From Chara braunii (taxonomy: Eukaryota > Plantae > Charophyceae), in contig BFEA01000024.1 in assembly GCA_003427395.1 (NCBI GenBank), positions 1,094,775-1,158,774 of the forward strand: 64,000 nucleotides of DNA. Reading direction: 5' to 3'. Made by a program: the position numbers and the translations under genes. Shown piece by piece: positions 10,841-24,674 of this stretch. Below the pieces are notes generated by a model, which searched no databases, was not told where the DNA came from, and saw only the letters and a list, made by a program, of their open reading frames with translations. The stretch's first letter is position 1. The number at the start of each line of letters is the position of its first letter.

Positions 10841-13800
10841 GTGATCCGAGAAAGAAGGGCGACGGAGGGACATCGGATACCAGATGAGGTAGCTGACACA
10901 ATGAAGATAGGGATAGACGGGTTCTTAACGAAAGAAGAAACCCGCCTGATCAAAAGGATCTGCTAGGAGTTTCACCTGACATTTGCCTTTACTGATCACC
11001 AGAAGAGACGACTGGATGCGAAGCTGATCCCTCCGGTCAGAATCCACACGGTAGAACATGAGTGCTGGAATGACAAGGGGCCATCCTATGAATTTGGGAT
11101 AGTAGGAGAAGTAACAGACCTCCTCTGAGCAAAGATGGACTCCTTCGTTGCGGAGCCCACGGCATCGTCATACGCAAATCGGTGGTTCATCTTTCGAAAG
11201 CCTAACAAGATGCTAAGGTGGATTCAGGACCTGCAAAAGTTGAATGCGGTAACCATCCGGGATGCTGGCTCGCTACCACAAGCTGACTTATTAGCAGAAT
11301 CGCACGCCGGTCGGAGCATTTACTCCCTGATAGATCTGTACTCAGGGTACGACCAGCTTCCGTTGGATGTTCGGGACAGGCCATACACCGCTATGCACAC
11401 CCCTGTAGGCCAACTACAGATACAAAGTGACCCTTATGGGATTCACAAACGCGGTGGCCGAAGCGCAACGCAGGATGCTCGCCGTGGCTGGGGACATATT
11501 CCCAGAAAAATGTGAGCCTTACATCGATGACAATCCGATCAAAGGCGCGCAGGAGAAGGACGAGACGAAATTTCAGCCAGGGATCCGACGTTTTGTGTGG
11601 GACCACCTACAGTACATCAAGGAATTACTCCGCCGGTTCCTAGTATACAACATTACGGTTAATGGACCAAAGAGGATCCTAGCAGTACCGGAGGTAACTA
11701 TACTAGGATTTCGTTGCGGTGCTTACGGTAGGAAGCCGAATCCGGCAAAGACCGACAAGATATCACAGTGGCTGACACCACTGCGCACGACGATGGAGGT
11801 AAGGGCATTCCTAGGCGTAGTCGGCTTTTGGAGGATCTTCATTAAGAACTTTGCCAAGATTGCGGAGCCTATCCGGGCTATGATCAGGGAAGAAGAAACC
11901 ATGGATTGGACGGAGGAGCGAGAAGGAGTTGTCCAAAGGATCAAGGACATATTGACATCTGAGACTGTCGCCCTGTCCGCGCCTTGTTTTAATGACGAAG
12001 TAGGACGACCCTTCATCCTAGAGACGGATGAAGGACCTATGACCGTAGGAGGTGTGTTGATTCAAAGGGATGAGGGAGGAAAAGAAAGGCCAATTAGGTT
12101 TGAAAGTAGAACCCTGAACTCCGCAGAGCGGCGGTACTCACAGTTCAAGAAGGAGGNCCTAGCCATCTTGCACTGTCTTAAGACCTTTCAGGCCTACCTA
12201 TTTGGGAGGCGGTTCATCCTCAGGATCGATCCGACGAATGTTGCAGGGGCCTTAAAGAATTACAGCCCTATAGATCCGACAGTGGGGAGATGGGTAGGAT
12301 TTATCTGGCAGTTCGATTATAAGATCGAACGGATTGCAGGAATTAAGAACAAGGCTGATGGGCTGAGCCGGGTCTGCATCACTCCCGAAGGGGTGGAGGA
12401 TGCGGAGCGCATAGACGCGTTCCTCGAATACGAAGGAGAAACTCTTGCGGTGGATAACGAAAGGATGAGCGAAGGATGCACGTCGGGAGAACTGTTGATC
12501 CAGACTTTGGAGAAGGGGGCACCTGCCGTAGTAGCAGAACTTAGAGAAGGACCAGTCACCACTCGAGGACGCAGAGAAGAAAATGACTCATGGGGAACGA
12601 TAGTAGGACCGAAAGAGGAGCTAATAGCAATGGCGGTCGAGGGAGGCCGGGAAGCAGTGATGAGCTTAGTGGAATCTTGGGAAAGGAAAGAATTGCGATG
12701 GTTGGTAAATCAGGTGCAGGAAGGAAAGGATGGGGGCAAGGAAGGAGAGGAGTTTTTCTATGTCCAATCATACGAAGGGCTCTTTCGGGAGATCGGGCTG
12801 TTATTGGTAGGAAACAAACAACCTACCGAAGTCAGTATTAAAGCAAGAGAAGAAGCCGAAAGGTATGTCCTAAGGGGCGGGCATTTGTTCCGAAGGGAGG
12901 AAGGTGTTATGCCCAGAAGGGTTGTGTGCGGAAGATCTAGGCAAGTAGATGTTATCCAGGCAATGCACGATGGGTTGGCTGGACGTCATCGGTCGTCCAA
13001 AGGAACGCTTGCAAAGATGACGCCACTCTATTATTGGCCAGGCATGGCAGGCATGGTCGCCATATACTGCCAGACTTGCCTTATTTGCCAAGAACGAAGC
13101 TCGGTGCGGGTCTTCGAGCCGCTTAGACCAACACGGGTGCTAGGGCCGGGACATCTGGTCCACCTCGACCTTGCGGTTATGCCTGTATCAACGGATGGGT
13201 ACAGGTATATCCTGGATGCGCGAGATAACTTGAGTGGGTTCGTGGAGGCGGTCGCTCTCAAGAAAAAGACAGGGAGGAGTATGGCGGACTGGATAGAAGA
13301 CTTCTACTTGAGGCATCCGTTCGTCATGAGGTTTATAGCAGACAATGGGACGGAGTTTGTAAACCAAGAAGTATTGGGGATGCTTAAGAGACTCTGCGTA
13401 CCGATCAAACTCATCGAGCCGTATCACCCTGAGGCCAATGCACCTGTGCAAAGGGGGCACCGAACCTTGAAGAACACGATTGCGAAGCTCGCAGCGGACC
13501 ATCTGGGGAACTGGCCTAGGTATCTTAAGCAGGCTGTCTTTGCAGAGAATATGACCCCTAAAAGGACAACAGGATGTATCCCGGCAGAGCTTTGGTACGG
13601 AAGAGAGATCGACTTTCCTGTGGAAGCCTTGATACCTACCTGGAATAGATTAGATGATGATCCGCAAATGACCACTGAATAGTTAATTGAGGCAAGATGT
13701 CAACAGATCCTTAAGAACGAGGAGGTCATGGAGGACATCGCCAACCGAGTACTAGACAGCAGAATGAGGGCCAAAGCAAGGTGGGACCAGGTTAAGAATG

Positions 13801-14069
13801 TCAGAAAGGAGCCACTTCAAGTAGGAGAGATGGTATTGCTAAGGAACTCGGCACTAGAAAGTACTTGGTCGGGACAGCTAGGAAGGAGGTTCAAAGGCCC
13901 CTACCGGGTCGCCAAGCGGGTGAGACTGAACACCTTCGAACTAGAAGGTTTGGATGAAACTGGATTGAAAGGGCCCTTCCTGGGGCAACGATTGGTCAGG
14001 TTTCTAAGTCGGGATCCAGTGGAACAATGGCTTCAGGAGGCCGAAGATAAGAAAACTGAGGAGCCATAA
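10841..14069 (+). pseudogene. pol: Reverse transcriptase, RNase H and integrase (several stops, one frameshift near 11425)
   Basis: LRWIQDLQKLN, SLIDLYSGYDQ, MGFTNA, YIDD; RNase H PFILETD..RYSQFKKE..ADGLSR; IN zinc finger H..H..CQTCLIC, HLDL, IADNGTEF, PVQRGH (expected catalytic E reads Q), GPY motif RFKGPYRV. Confidence 0.93.
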
Positions 14070-14385
14070 GCTAAAGACTGACCACAGTCTTGCCCACACT
14101 ATGGTTTGTCTCTGACCATGTTCATGGGGCTGTCATTTTTTTTTGGGGACTGACGCTTTGGCCTGTACTGACTGAGGTTGAAAGGCAGCGTGACTTGGGG
14201 GTTTGCAATATCTGGCTTGTGCGACGATGGGAAGGGATGTTTGGGGCATTGTACCATAGTTTTTGACGGGAAAAAAATGAGATTTTTACGAACAACGCTT
14301 GTGCATAAGGGAGGGGAATGTATAAAAGGGGCATGATGCGAAGGATACTGGGAGCATTTTTGGAAAAGGAGCCGTCTACCGGACT

Positions 14386-14600
14386 GGGGGGGGGATGTGT
14401 GTATGCAGGGCATTGCGGATGTTGTTTTGTTATACAGAACCTAGGAGAAAACCGAGAGAAGACAAAAGAATGGAATTCGGCAATGAGAACGACAGCGGGG
14501 CGATCAACAGGCCTACCGGAGGGGGGGAAGCAGGACCGAGCCAAGGGAGGAGGGAGGCGAAGAGAAAGTTGTACATAGGACTCATGGGTGGGCCAGTGTT
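14386..14600 (+). repeat. Polypurine tract (14386-14395) and start of the putative 3' LTR (TG at 14396), apparently interrupted
   Basis: ggggggggga followed by tgtgtg ~320 bp after the integrase stop; right end not defined. Confidence 0.55.
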
Positions 14601-14657
14601 GTGTGTCGTCCATGGATTTCTGTCAACTTAAGCAAGCGATCAACCCCGCAGGCAATC

Positions 14658-14745
14658 GATCAGCGAAATGAATCATCAGCCAGATCGAAATGAGTCATCA
14701 CCCAGATCGGAATGAATCTTCAGAAAGATCGGAGTGAATCTTCAG
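14658..14745. repeat. Short ~22-bp tandem repeat, about 4 copies
   Basis: gatcg(a/g)aatgaatc(a/t)tcag-like units at the junction between the LTR and the DNA-transposon block. Confidence 0.75.
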
Positions 14746-17219
14746 CCTGCGCGGTTGATCGGCTGCGCAAGATGAATCTATGCAAGGACGACACAATCGC
14801 GCACTTGAGCACATGTGCATACGGGCACTCCGCTGGAGACGCGCGCATTGCAAATGCACACACTCGTTCACAAGACAGGTGGTGGGGAGCAGGTCGCGCC
14901 TGTAGGACACACGCGCATTGCATACATGCCACATCATGCATCCGCGAACAAAAACCTTCCGCATGGAGACGCGCACATGCACATGCACACACTCGTTCAG
15001 TCTACATAAACACATCCGCACACACAGACACACGGAGTGAATAGCGATCGAGTCGAAATGGACACGTGCCAACTCACCGGATGAACCCGTAGCCAATGGA
15101 AGAATACGCAAGCAGGTGGACGCGCACAAGCGGATGACCACGCGAGCAGGTTGACGTGATAGGTGGACGATAAAGCGATCTGCGAGGAATATGGCGTGGA
15201 CAGACACGTGAAAGGTCGGCAACGAGTGCGGTGCGACGCGGAAGGTGACGTGGAACGCAACGCGGAAGGTGAAGGAGGACGATGTGCGTTGGTCCGACGG
15301 AGGTTTGCCTCGTTCTGCTTGCAAGCTATGGCGCTCCGCCTGTGAGGGGCGCTGGTGTTGGCGGCAATGCCAGTGCGAGACGTCCGTCCGGCAGCATCTC
15401 ACCAGCGAAAACTCAGAATACGGCCTGATTCGCACGGGCGCCGCTCGAATTTGTACGCGCGAGGATTTCAAGCCCCCACGCATAATCCTTATCGGCCTTG
15501 CGCGCAAATGGTCCGTGGGTCGCCGAACGACAGTCTGATTCGCACATCGTGCGCATCGTGCGGTGGTGCGACGTCGAAATCCACGAGAGGGGGGGCCGGT
15601 GCGAACGTCATGAAAAAANNNNNNNNNNNNNNNNNNNNNNNNNNNNNNNNNNNNNNNNNNNNNNNNNNNNNNNNNNNNNNNNNNNNNNNNNNNNNNNNNN
15701 NNNNNNNNNNNNNNNNNNNNNNNNNNNNNNNNNNNNNNNNNNNNNNNNNNNNNNNNNNNNNNNNNNNNNNNNNNNNNNNNNNNNNNNNNNNNNNNNNNNN
15801 NNNNNNNNNNNNNNNNNNNNNNNNNNNNNNNNNNNNNNGTTGGGGGTCGTTGGCGGTGGCGGTTGCGCCAGCCTAAACAACGAAGTCACCGTCTGGGCGT
15901 CCGATTTGCAGATCGGACGGTCGACGTTTGTCGTCCAAAATCACGGCGGGCTGGTCTTTCCGTGCGGTCCCGCGGCAGTTGGAGGACGGATTTGGATGCC
16001 AGTGAACAGCTACCTCGGGTTTGGTGCAACCCATTCGCATCTCCCGCCCACGAGCGCATTCGAACGCGACGTGACCTCCGCGACATCGGCCATCGCCTTC
16101 GCTGCCTCGCAATCGCGCCACGTGTTTCCGAGTGTGGGCTTCTGGGTTTCCGCTCTTCATCCCAGTCGATGCCATCTCCTGTCCTTGCGTTTTGAATCAG
16201 CGCGTGTCCGCCATTGTCTGCGCTCTGCCCTCGCCAACGAGCCGCTCCCGTCCTTCAATGTTTCGCATCAACGAGATCCAAGGCTGGGTAGCGGGGCGTA
16301 CTGAGAGAGCAGGAGAGACAGTTGTCGCGACGGGTGCGGTGGAAGATAAGCGGGTGCCACGTGGGCTGCGCGCGACCATGGTCTATTTCAAAAAACGCGC
16401 TTTGGCCTTCAAGCGGAGGATGTCGATCATCCACGTGCCGCTCACCACGAAAGCACGTGGATGATCAGCGCGCACTCTACGGCGCCAATCCAGGGGGAGC
16501 TGGTGTCGTCTCCATCCGAAAGCACGTGGACGATCAGCGCGCGCTCTTGGCGTTGGTAGTGCGCGATGCGCCACCGCATTGTGCACGCCCAACGCCACGT
16601 ATGTGCGTACACACGACGTGAACATCATCCATCCGAGAGACGGGGGATGATCAGCGCTCGCTCCTAGCGCTGGTCGTGAGTGATGCCATGGAGCATTGCG
16701 TACGATCAACGCCAGGACTTGGATGGTGTTTCTTCGCCGTGTGCGCCACGTGTTTCGTGGCGATGGCCTCGTTGAATAACGAACAACGCCCGTGAGAACA
16801 CACAGCTTGATTGTTGTAGTTCGCCCGTATCCGGACTTCCCTTTCCGCCTGGTATTCCTACCCACCATTGCCGTTTTTTGGTTGGCGGTTATTGGTTTCG
16901 CGCTTCTTGTTGCAATGGCGTCCGCCAGCGCCTTGAGGGCGACAACACGAAGTTCGGATCCTGGCGGACTTGCGGTTTGGCGCTTGCCACGCCGCGAGCT
17001 GCTTAGGTGATTCTTTTCGTGTTCCTTCCGGCATGGTGTCGCCGCATAAATACACAAATATAGCAGCGCCCACAGCAAAAACAAAACACTGTCTTTTTGT
17101 CAAGTTCGGATTCGAGCGGACTTCGACGTTCGCCATTTATTTTACCGCCCTTACCAACGCCCCGCGCTTTCGCATGTGTTTGGTTGCCGGATACCGTTCG
17201 GTGCACAAAAGTGCCAGCC

Positions 17220-19950
17220 TTGAGAATTGCCTTATGAGGGTTTAAAGGGGGTTGAGCAACAGCTTGTGTGCGGCCGCTGACCTCCCTCCCAATCTGCGAC
17301 GTGCAGCGCAGAAACCGGTTCCTCGCCACTCCTGCCGATTCCAAGTTCGGATCCCGGCGGACTTTTAGTTTCCGGATGAATCAGACCACACTATTCGACG
17401 GCCTGGCCTGTCGCGATGGTTTGCATTGTAAGAGACCTTTCGGTATGCAGAAGCGCTTGCGAGCAGAGGGTCTTGCGAATTGCCCTTATAGGGGTTTATG
17501 TGGGTACTCAAAATTAATCGCCTTCCGAATTGCCCTTATAGGGGTTTATGGGGGTTGTCATCAGTTGCAGAGGCCGTGTCCGTTCTCTGTCCACCGTCCA
17601 CGCTTGTGTGCGCCCGCTTACATGCTCGTGTTTCGGCGTGCTTTTCGGTTCGCGCTAACACACGTCGATGTTTCCAGTGCGAGAAATGGGTGTCGCCTTC
17701 GCGACTTCACGAGCCGGGGTTTGAAGGGGTTGCAGGGGGCTCTTTCGCCCACCGCTGCATTTTTCGTGTCCACGCCGCTGAGAGGTGCGAGTTCCGCGAG
17801 GTGTTGTACTGGTAGCTGTGAGTGAAACAGCGTACGACATGCTTGTGTGGCGATGGGGAGAGTCGGTGTTAACAAGGGTCAATTGGGGGTCCTGCTGCGC
17901 CGATTCGTAAAGTGTTGCATCAAAGATGGCCCTTTCTTTTGTCCGTGCTCTCGTTGCACGGACACTCGAGGACGGCAGAGCCTCTATTCGATACGGCCGC
18001 ACACCCCTCCACGATCCGACGTGCGGCGCAGAAAACGGTTCCCCACCACACCTGCAACTGCCAAGTTCGGATCACGGCGGGCTTTGAGGTCCCGCCTAAA
18101 TCTAACCACACTTTTCAACGGCCTGGCATGCCGAATGTGATCAGATTGTCAGAAACCTTTTGGTGTGCAGGAGTGGTCGTGGGAGTGCTGCGGGCTTGCG
18201 AAAAGCGCTTATAGGGGTTTATGGGGGTCGTCGCCAGTGACAGAGGCCAGTTCCGTTCTCGGTCTGCCGTCGATCTTCGTTGCCCTCCAAAGGGTTTAAC
18301 CGTCGCGATGCGTGGAGTGTTGTCGCTGACATGCTCCTGTTTCGGCGTGCTTTCCATTTCGCGCGGTCACATTTCGACGTTTTCAGCGCTCGAATTGGGG
18401 GTCGCCGTCTCGACTGCACGCACAAGGGTTTGTAGGGGTTGCAGGGGGGTCTTTCAGCAAAGGCTAAATTTATTCTTGTCCCCGCTGCGGAGATGTTCGA
18501 GTTCCACGAGTTGTGCTACTGGTAGCTGTGAGTGAAACACCGGACGACCTTGGTTTGACGATGGGGAGAATCGTTGTTAACAGGGGTCATTTGTGGGGTC
18601 CTTCAGCGCCAGACTGTTAAGTGCTGCATCCACCACTGCCCTTTCTTCCGTGCGTGCTCTCGTTCCACGGACACTCGAGAGCGGCGGAGCCTTTATTCGA
18701 TACACCCTCGCATATCGTTCCTTGTGCGCACCCTATGACCCTCCCTTCCACTCCCCGACGGGCCGCGGAAAAAAAGGTTCCTCGCCATTCCTGCGACCGC
18801 CAAGTTCGGATCCTGGCGGACTTTGAGGTTCCGCCTTAATCTAAGCGCACTATTCAACCTCCAAAACGGTTCCTCGCCAATCCTGCAGCCGCCAAGTTCG
18901 GATCCTGGCGGACTTTGAGGTTCCGCCTATATCAAAGCACACTATTTAACGACCAGGGCTCTCGCATGTGTTTGCATTGTCAGAGACCTTTTCGTATGCA
19001 GAAGTGCTCGCGAGAGTACTGTGGATGCTCAAAATTACACGCCTTGTGAGTTGCCCTTATAGGGGTTTAAGGGGGTTTAACAGTCGCGATGCGTGGAGAC
19101 TTGTCGCTGGCACGCTCGTGTTCCGGCGTGCTTTTCGGTTCGCTCTATTAGACGTCGACGTCGCCAGAGCGCGAATTGGGGGTCGCCTTGGCCACTCAGG
19201 ATTTGTAGGGGTTGCATGGGGGTTCAATCAGCCACGGCTACGTTTTTCTTGTCCACGCCGCGGAGATGTGCGAGTTCCACGAGCTGTTCAAATCGTAGGT
19301 GTGACTGAAACACCGGACGAGCTCGCTTTCAAGATGGGGAGAATCGGTGTTAACAGGGGTCAATTGGGCATCCTGCAGCACCAATTTCTGAAGTACTGCA
19401 TCCACCACTGCCCTTTCTTCTATGCATGATCTCATCCAGCGGACGTTCGAGTGCGGCAGAGCCTTTATTCGATACGCCCACACATACCGTTCCTTGTATG
19501 CATCCGCTGACCCTCCAAATCTTTGACGTGCCACGCAGAAACCGCTTCTTCGCCACTCCTGCAACCGCCAAGTTCGGATCCCGGCGGACTTTGCGATCGC
19601 CAACTTCCTAAACCGGTACCTCGCCACTCCTGCAACCGCCAACTTCGGAGATCGCCTTGTCAATTACACGGATCGGGGTTTGTCGGGGTGACTCTTACAC
19701 CGAACGGGCTCGTTTTGTCGATAGGGAGAATCGGTATTAACAGAGGTCGATTGGGGCCAACAATGGTGTTAACAGGGGTCGATTGGGGTCGGGGTGACTC
19801 TGACACCCGCGACTAGCCTTTCTTCTAACTGCGGGAGAGCGTGGAAACATTCTTGGCGCCATAAGAAACCGCCAAGTTCGGATCACGGTGAACTTTCGAG
19901 TTCCGGGTGATGCTAACCGTCTCTTTCCACGGCCTGGTCCATTGCGTATG
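17220..19950 (+). repeat. Left array: about 3.5 diverged tandem copies of a ~720-770 bp unit
   Basis: Anchor ccaagttcggatc..ggcggactt recurs at 17343, 18063, 18802 and 19570; shared internal blocks ttataggggttta, gttccacgag..gtgaaacac and atggggagaatcggtgttaacaggggtca. Confidence 0.9.
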
Positions 19951-21338
19951 TTTTCGTTGTCGGAGAGCTATGGGTGCGCAGTCAACCTCGCCGTGTGTGG
20001 TGCCGTGACTGGGGTATATGGGGGTTGTTGGTGGTGGCAGTCGTAAATGTCGTCCGCGTGCGAAGGCGCTTCAGTGTCGAAGCCGCGCAAAGGCTTGGAG
20101 TCCTAGCACACAGCCTCCTGATCGATGTGCGGTTAGTAGGGGTTTGTGGGGGTCGCCTGAGGGTCATTAAGCCATGTTTTCTCTAGCCTCCTACCTCTCA
20201 TAGTCTTGCATTCCTGATCACGATTGGCCGACAGTCAATTCACAGCGACCAATTCATGACCGGTTTGCCGTCGATTCGATTTCTCCCAAATTCGGGTCCC
20301 GGCGGACTTCGCGATTCCACGACAGTCGGACCGCTCCTTGTGCACGTCTAACTCATAATAGGACACATCCTCCCGGAAGTACGTCAAGCAACGATGAAAT
20401 AAATGGGTCGATAAATAAACAACAAAGATTCACGCCTGACCCGTGGGATGTTGGACCCATAACCAAATGTCACTAACCTTTTACAGGCAGTGCGAGGTAA
20501 ACATCTATAAATGTGGGCCGGACACAGGCTTCCTCATAACGACTTCCCATGCATGAGTTCGCAAGCAGTCGAAGCGATGGCATGTTATATGCTCTCCATA
20601 CTCATGTGGCCCTCGGCATCGCCGAGGGTCTCATTCGACACTCAAGTGTCGACTGACAAGCTCCTTCAGGGTCTTACCTCTCGATGCTAGACAACCGCCA
20701 AGACGGTTATGGGACCTACCCTCTCCAGCAACCGGAGGGAGTAACGGGTGGGTGGGCCAAGGCCCTTTGTAGCAGTTGAGTTCCATCTACGGAGGCCTTA
20801 AAAAAGGTCAAGGGGTTTGACTTTGACAACTGCTACGGACTTCAACGTCCAACTATAGAAGTATAAAAAGCAAAAGGGGGAAGGGTGTCTCCGTTTCCTG
20901 TCGGCACAATTAGTAACGCCAGAGTCAATGCAAGAAAAATTCGGGTGCCCTTCGCCACATGCAATTATCGCATTCAAAGGATTCTGGTCTATGCCAAGCT
21001 CGGATGTCGGCACATTTCTTATATCGAGGTTTGTCTCATCGTTCATGCCAATTCGGTTGTCGGGACTGTAATCGCCTACAGACTAGCTCGCTCTATTCAG
21101 ACGCTGCACCAGGAATCGGGTATGGGGAGGGTGGGGGTGGGAGGGGGGGTGGAGTTCGAACTTCATTCTTTAGTGTTCGTGCTTACAGTTTGCTCTGCTG
21201 TTTTGCAAGGTGTGGAGACGAATTTGAATGACCCGTTCAATCCGCATTGGAGAGTATAATCGATTTCGCTGACGGGAATCGCATCCGCTACACCGACGGT
21301 TACATCACGGTGCCAAGGGCAGCTCAGCGAATGGCCGC

Positions 21339-24231
21339 ATGAACCGGGCATCGCCAGCTACAACACCTGGACTTGGCCCCGACCAGCTCTTCGGACAGTT
21401 CGTCATTCCAACAGTCCACTGCAGCTTTCCCCAGAAAACGAAGTCTCGCTTCCGGGAGAGCTTTGGAGGTTGCATCCAACTGCCTACGGATTTAGCGACA
21501 CTGTCCGCAGGCAAAGAACCGTTTGCCTCCCGGATCGAGTTCCACATTCCTGACGAGGTGCACCCGACAACTTCGGCGCAGAGCAGTTGCGTGTCAATGC
21601 CTGCTTCTTTTGCAGCATCTTATGACGAGAGTGAGAAGTTGGTGGCCACTGATTACTCGTCTGGACAACAATCCTCTTCCAGTGCACCTTCGATTCGCGC
21701 TACCTCCAGTACTTCAAAGTTGGTTGACACCAACTATTCTTTGGAGGAACTGTCCACGACACGGGCAAGTCCAACGCAAGTCCGATCTCAGAATGCGATT
21801 CCTGATCAGAGTCACTATACGTCGGAATCGTCTGGCAGAAGTGATGCAGATAACATGGCAATACTCGAAATTTTGCCAGTGTCTCTGCCAGGGGAAAGAA
21901 GACCGTATAGCATGGCTAATAGGAACGCTAGGAGGAAAGAACAATACAAAAGAGCAAAAGACATGCTGTCGGAAAGAAAATTGCTCATGGTTCGTGGCAT
22001 AGCATGTTGCAAGGCTCGTTGTTGTTACAACATGTCGCCGGAGGAAGTCCGACAGGTTAGACAAGGACTGTACAGTAAGAGTCCAGAAGACCGAGCAGAG
22101 CGGTGGATGAAAAGTCTTAAAGATTTCACATTGAGTGAGGGCGGCCACAAACGAGTCCGTCCTGTAGAGTTGGAACGTTCGATGTGTGTCAAGGCGTACT
22201 GCAACGTTCTTGGTGTCTCTCGTAATACGTTTTATAGCTACAAGAAGCGCTTCGATAATGGCTTCATACGTTGTGAGCATGGGTTGAGGGGTATACATCA
22301 GCCAACAGAAAAGACTGTCGCCATGCTTGCCAGCATGAAAAATTTCATCGAGTGTCATGTGGATAGCATGCTGAATGAGATGGCTCACAAGGGTGGGGTT
22401 TACAGACCGAAGCTTCGACTGCCAGCAACTTTTACGAAGAGATCTATTTATGAGTCCATCAAATCAGACTTTGTCGCCGTCGGCCTCGAGGTCGTGTCCG
22501 AGTCCAACTTTTATAAACTGTGGCAAAAACACTATTACCANGTTTCGCTCGCACACTCTAACACATTCACGAAGTGTGCCGTCTGTCATGAACTGAAAGA
22601 GCGTATACAACACGCTGCTCTTCCTCGAGATCGAGAAAGAGCTAGGGGGGAGATGAAAGCTTACCAAAGGCAGCAAGTTGAACACAGATTGGACTATAGT
22701 TGTGCGAAGATTGAATCGATGGTCCGTCCCAACGAGCGTTTATGTCTCATCATTGACGGCATGGATCAGAAGAAGACGACTATCCCCCATATTGGTCAGG
22801 CGAACTACTCGAAAGACCTTAGGCACGAGACGGTGATGAAAACGACTCTGACCGGTGTCATTGCACACGGTAGAGACCCTCGTATTTATGTGTACACGTG
22901 GTTTTTGTATTTCAAACACGATTCGAACACAGTCGTTACTTGTCTCACGCGAACCCTCGTCGAAATTCAAGCGACTGGGGGGTCACTACCACCCTTTTTG
23001 CGCATTCAAGCAGATAATTGTTGGCGGGAAAACAAGAACAAGTACGTATGTGCACTGGCTGCACTGTTGGTGAAGTTCAATGTTTTCCAAGAGGTGGAAA
23101 TAGGTTTCATGCTGGTGGGACATACCCATACGGACGTTGATGCTACTTTCAGTGTCTTCTCGAAGAAATTGAAAAACACAGACGCTTATACTATGGACGA
23201 GTTGTTTGAGCTCATAGAGCAATCCAACAAAAAGCCTCCCAAATGTATTTTCCTCGACACATTGGCAGATTTTATAAGTATAGTAGACCCATGCGTTGCG
23301 TCAGACATTACCGGTATTTCCCAACCACACTTGCTTAAATTTTTTACGGTTGGAGATAACCCGGGCATGTTGTACAAGGAGTTTTGCGATGACGACAACT
23401 GGCTGCCCGAGGAAGGTCCGATTTATTGGTTCAATCAGAACCTCGATGGAAGCTACGCAGGTCTCTCCTTGGCCATTTGACCCGCCTCCCGCGAAGCCTG
23501 TTCCTCGGAAACACTATCTGAATGACAAACATGGTGTTATTCGATTCCGCGAGTTGCTGGAGAGCAGGCGGTCAACATGGTGCACTTTCAAAGAACATGA
23601 GGTGAGTCGAGGAGAAAGAGCTTTGTGGTACTGGGACGAGGTTATCAAACGTGGCGACGAGATCATCACGAACGGGTTGTCCACACAACCTCAGAAAGGT
23701 TTTTGGCCAAGTCCTCGTCCCTTCGAAAACGATCAACAATCTTCTCCTAGTAATGCCAACATCGACGACAGGGAACCCCTATTCGTTGGACGTAGAAAAG
23801 ATCGCCCGAAGACCAGTTTCGACCCCCTCGAGCATATCAACGTCGGCACTTTTCTTATCCTTCGCCCCTCCGACGACGATATTTCGAAAGGCGTGCCTAT
23901 TTGGGTGGGAAGAGCACAATCGCAGGTGGTTCGTGAAAAGGATTTGCCAAATTGTAATGAAGTGCTCGTAGAATACTGGGTGCCAACCAGGAGAGCAAAG
24001 TCGCTCGAAGAATTGTACGATAACGCATGGGAAAAAAAATGGAAGAAGACTGACCAGACACAATGACAACATGCCGACTCGATCGCTTTTGGTTGGGAGA
24101 GGCCAGGTAGAGGTACAAAGCCGTTCACGACTGGACTTGTCATTCCTTCCAACGTTCGACTGAACGCTGAAGCTGCACTTCGAGATCTAAGTCCATGTGC
24201 GGAAGGGAATGACTATTCGGACGGGAATTAG
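21339..24231 (+). pseudogene. Sola-like (DUF7869-type) DDD transposase with a C-terminal BAH/SH3-like barrel; frameshift near 23470, stop at 24064
   Basis: N-terminal CCKARCC..MCVKAYCNVLGVS, KCAVC; core LIIDGMDQKK (D at 22755), IQADNCWRENKN (D at 23013), FMLVGHTHTDVD (23118-23141); continuation in the 23296 frame. Confidence 0.8.
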
Positions 24232-24674
24232 GAACGGACTATATTCTCTTTTGACTTGGTGAATTGCGACGAGTCTGTTGTACGACGAGTTGGCAGATTT
24301 TGTACACAGTTTAGGGTTGATGTTTTTCAGATGGTTGGGTGGTGGTTAAGCAATTTCTGAAGTTAACTTCATCATGTGTTGATGTTTCTACTTTACCGAC
24401 ATTTCGTTTTCGCTCGTGTGTGCATGTCACGTATTGTGTAGGCTATGCGACAGAAGAAATGAGACATGATTATTCGTATCCCATTCGCCCTTGCGCATGT
24501 GGATTGCGTGGTTCTGGAGAAGATACAGAAATTATGTAGATGTTCGGGGACACTTGTAGATGCTTTACATTTATGTATGATAGCGGAAACCGTTTCGAAA
24601 GTTTAGATTGTGGCGGCTCGTAGCATTTAATTTAGACTCAGCATTCGTAGTTCAATCTTGTTACGATATTTCTT

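Larger units (their letters stand above)
4100..14600 (+). mobile_element. Decayed Ty3/Gypsy LTR retrotransposon with three extra upstream ORFs; boundaries approximate, 5' LTR not identified, 3' LTR apparently truncated
   Basis: Domain order gag(CCHC)-PR-RT-RNaseH-IN; purine tract followed by TG at 14396. Confidence 0.9.

Noticed and set aside
14698-20300. Many 60-270 aa ORFs in the GC-rich repeat region (and likewise at 25.6-33.9 kb)
   Set aside because: They overlap in all frames, derive from repeats or span N-gaps, and carry no protein motifs.
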